A stretch of 63,281 nucleotides of DNA, the filler included, from Collodictyon triciliatum (taxonomy: Eukaryota): assembly GCA_043381765.1 (NCBI GenBank). It is 7 parts of 7 records of this genome, joined end to end, with 100 filler letters (N's around TTAATTAATTAA, not from the genome) between each part and the next. Parts side by side here need not be neighbours in the genome. Positions count along the whole stretch, not along the records: positions 52,361 to 62,051 come from JBHJMP010002924.1; positions 62,152 to 63,281 come from JBHJMP010003114.1; 5 more parts are not named here. One strand, written 5' to 3'. A model generated the notes under the pieces. That model had not been told where the DNA came from, did not search any database, and saw only the letters and a list, made by a program, of their open reading frames with translations. The first letter of the stretch is position 1. Every line of letters begins with the position of its first letter. The position numbers and the translations under genes are program-made. This document shows positions 60,988 to 63,281 of this stretch, in pieces.

Positions 60988-61930
60988 GGAATAGGAATAG
61001 TAATAGTAATAATAATAATGCTAATTATAATAATAATAAGTGGACCACTCTAAATTGTAAGCTCGACTTTTTTTTTTTAGTCTCTCCAGAACTGAGAGGA
61101 GGCACAAAAGCAAGTCAAGCGATCATCAAAAGAAAAAAAAAGCAAGGAAGGTTATGTTCCAAGTAAATATCTTTGAGGGATTCGCACTACGGGACAATAA
61201 TGACAGTCGCCCACAAGCACGAACACGAGCCTTATCTTCGGTCGAGGTGTTATCCAAATATCGAGTGGCCTCTTTTCAATACGCTCAAAAAAAAAAAAAA
61301 AAGAGGCAAAAAGCAAATAGCAAAGGGGAGAAGAGCATGTACCGCGGCTTTCGTATATTTTCTTTCTTTTTTTTTTCTTTTTCTTCCATTAATTATTTCC
61401 TCTCTTTTTTTTTTCTTCCTTTCCAGTCTGCTCTCACCGATCGTTTTTGTTGACACCCGGTTTTGGCTGTCACAAAGGAAATTTGGGTGATCTAATTTCA
61501 CCCAAATGCAGTGTCGATTGCAATCAAAAGATTGGATATCTTCCCGCATCTGGAATATAATCTGTGGCCCGCCGTTTGCTGGGTGCTTTCCGCTCAACCA
61601 CAGCTCCCACCAATCCCTATCTAGGCAACAAACGAGCGAGTCGCACGACAGCTAAGGAGTAAGAGCAAACAGCACAAGTCGAATCCAAGCTTGGAACTTC
61701 ACACACCAAAGACAACCCAAGCAAGCAGGAGCGTATGTTTCTAAAACCACAAACGCGTATCCATACACCGGTTAAGCAAAGTCCACTGCCGGCTATGCAC
61801 GGTTTCGAAACCAGGGGACGGTCAAGCGCCACTTCCGATTATACCTAACAAACAACGATGTATCGCTTTTTGTCTGAATCTCCCAGCAAAGAAACGCAAG
61901 GAAAGTGACCCGTTGTCCCCTCAAAAGGCT

Positions 61931-62051
61931 CATCCTGTGGAATGAAATAGGATGTGAACCTTGTCTGCGATAGATGGTTGAAAGGACTCGTCGGAATCGA
62001 TTCTTGAAGTAACTGCCATGTGCGTACTTTCATCGACCCAACAACTTTATC
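61931..62051 (+). repeat. 121-bp exact direct repeat, copy 2 (scaffold end)
   Basis: Identical to 52361-52481. Confidence 0.95.
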
Positions 62052-63281
62052 NNNNNNNNNNNNNNNNNNNNNNNNNNNNNNNNNNNNNNNNNNNNTTAAT
62101 TAATTAANNNNNNNNNNNNNNNNNNNNNNNNNNNNNNNNNNNNNNNNNNNNTTTTTTTTGTTTTTTGTTTTTTGTTTTTTGTTTTTTGTTTTTTGTTTTT
62201 TGTTTTTTGTTTTTTGTTTTTTGTTTTTTGTTTTTTGTTTTTTGTTTTTGTTGTTGATATACTATGAGTGTTTGCGAGTGGGACTTTCAGGCACCCGCCT
62301 CGTTCCTCGATCGATCCGATGATCCTCTCACGCAAGACACGCAGGCTTTCCAAGAGGCAGAATCAGTCCCCCACGACTCTGGCCAATCGAAACAGCAGAT
62401 GCGCAAACCAACCAAGTCGAGCGTTTCTCTCGCGCATTAACCATCGCGGTTGGGGAGCGGACGAATTCGAAAAAAATAAAATTAAAAAAAAAATCAAAAC
62501 AAATGAACGTAAATATAGTTGTTGGATGCCAAAGCGAAGGAAACCAAAGAAACGTGGTGCACAACTTTGCATTACTCAAGGGAAATTTCTGGGAAAGAGA
62601 GAGTCGGCCCATTCGAATGAGATCAATTGATTGGAGAACGAGTCTATTTCAGGACAAGAAACAGATTTCCGTTGAAGTAGATACCAAAAAGGCAAACTTG
62701 CACACACGGATAAGCCTTATCTTGAAAAATAACAGACAAATAATATAACCAATTTATTTTTGTTACTTGTGGAATTATTTGGTAAGTACAAAGGGCTTAA
62801 GTATTCAGTAAGAACTATTATATTTTAAATTCCAGATATGTTGATGTACTTCAGCGGTTGTCGACGACAAAGATGCTGCTTTCGAGGTGAGGATGGGGAA
62901 TAAAGCAGAGCGCCCTGCCGAGTGCGAGATTGCATTCTCATTTTCAAGCAGAGTGTCCTTATGGGTCATGGTTCCTACTCATGTTTTATTTGGGGCGATT
63001 TTCTCCCTTCATAGCCACTGCAGTCATCGCGTATAGCCTCAAGATTTTCGTAAATCCTTCAAAAAAAAAACATGAAAAAGGGGGATGTCATGCTATTGCG
63101 GTATAAAATGAAATAAAATAGATTGTGATACATTCAATCGAAATGTCGAAAGAAAGATTTAATAGTCCAGGAGAAAAGGGAAAAAATGCAGTTTGTCAAA
63201 GGGGGGGGGGGGGGGGGGGGGGGAATTTTTTGTTTTTTGTTTTTTTGTGGGGGAGGGGAAACATTCATGTGTTGTTTTGTT

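Overview
Eukaryotic (protist-like), intron-rich, microsatellite-rich genomic DNA in the standard code. The window is probably not one locus: six 100-nt N-spacers containing TTAATTAATTAA join pieces, five of them ~9.7 kb long, so neighbourhood across spacers is not evidence. Spliced genes reconstructed by hand: a secreted Cys-rich, probably GPI-anchored surface protein; Cdc25 phosphatase; a truncated FYVE/PIKfyve(Fab1)-like gene; COQ2; a small membrane protein; an EH-EH-SPIN90/Ldb17-like protein; a ~2,750-aa MYCBP2-type RING-Cys-relay E3 ligase; SF3A3/Prp9; a cyclic-nucleotide-gated channel; a tandem-SpoVS protein; calnexin; and a Zn-finger-DH-PH-FYVE...RhoGAP-FAM13-like locus. Most notable: (1) an intron-containing eukaryotic gene with two bacterial-type SpoVS (Alba-fold) domains behind an RG-rich tail; (2) a dispersed family of very short poly(A)-tailed, TSD-flanked retroposon insertions; (3) unusual domain fusions (EH+SPIN90; RhoGEF+RhoGAP+FAM13); (4) GC-AG introns with weak donors; (5) an exact 121-bp repeat at both ends of one scaffold. 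All homology calls come from motif recognition, not database searches.
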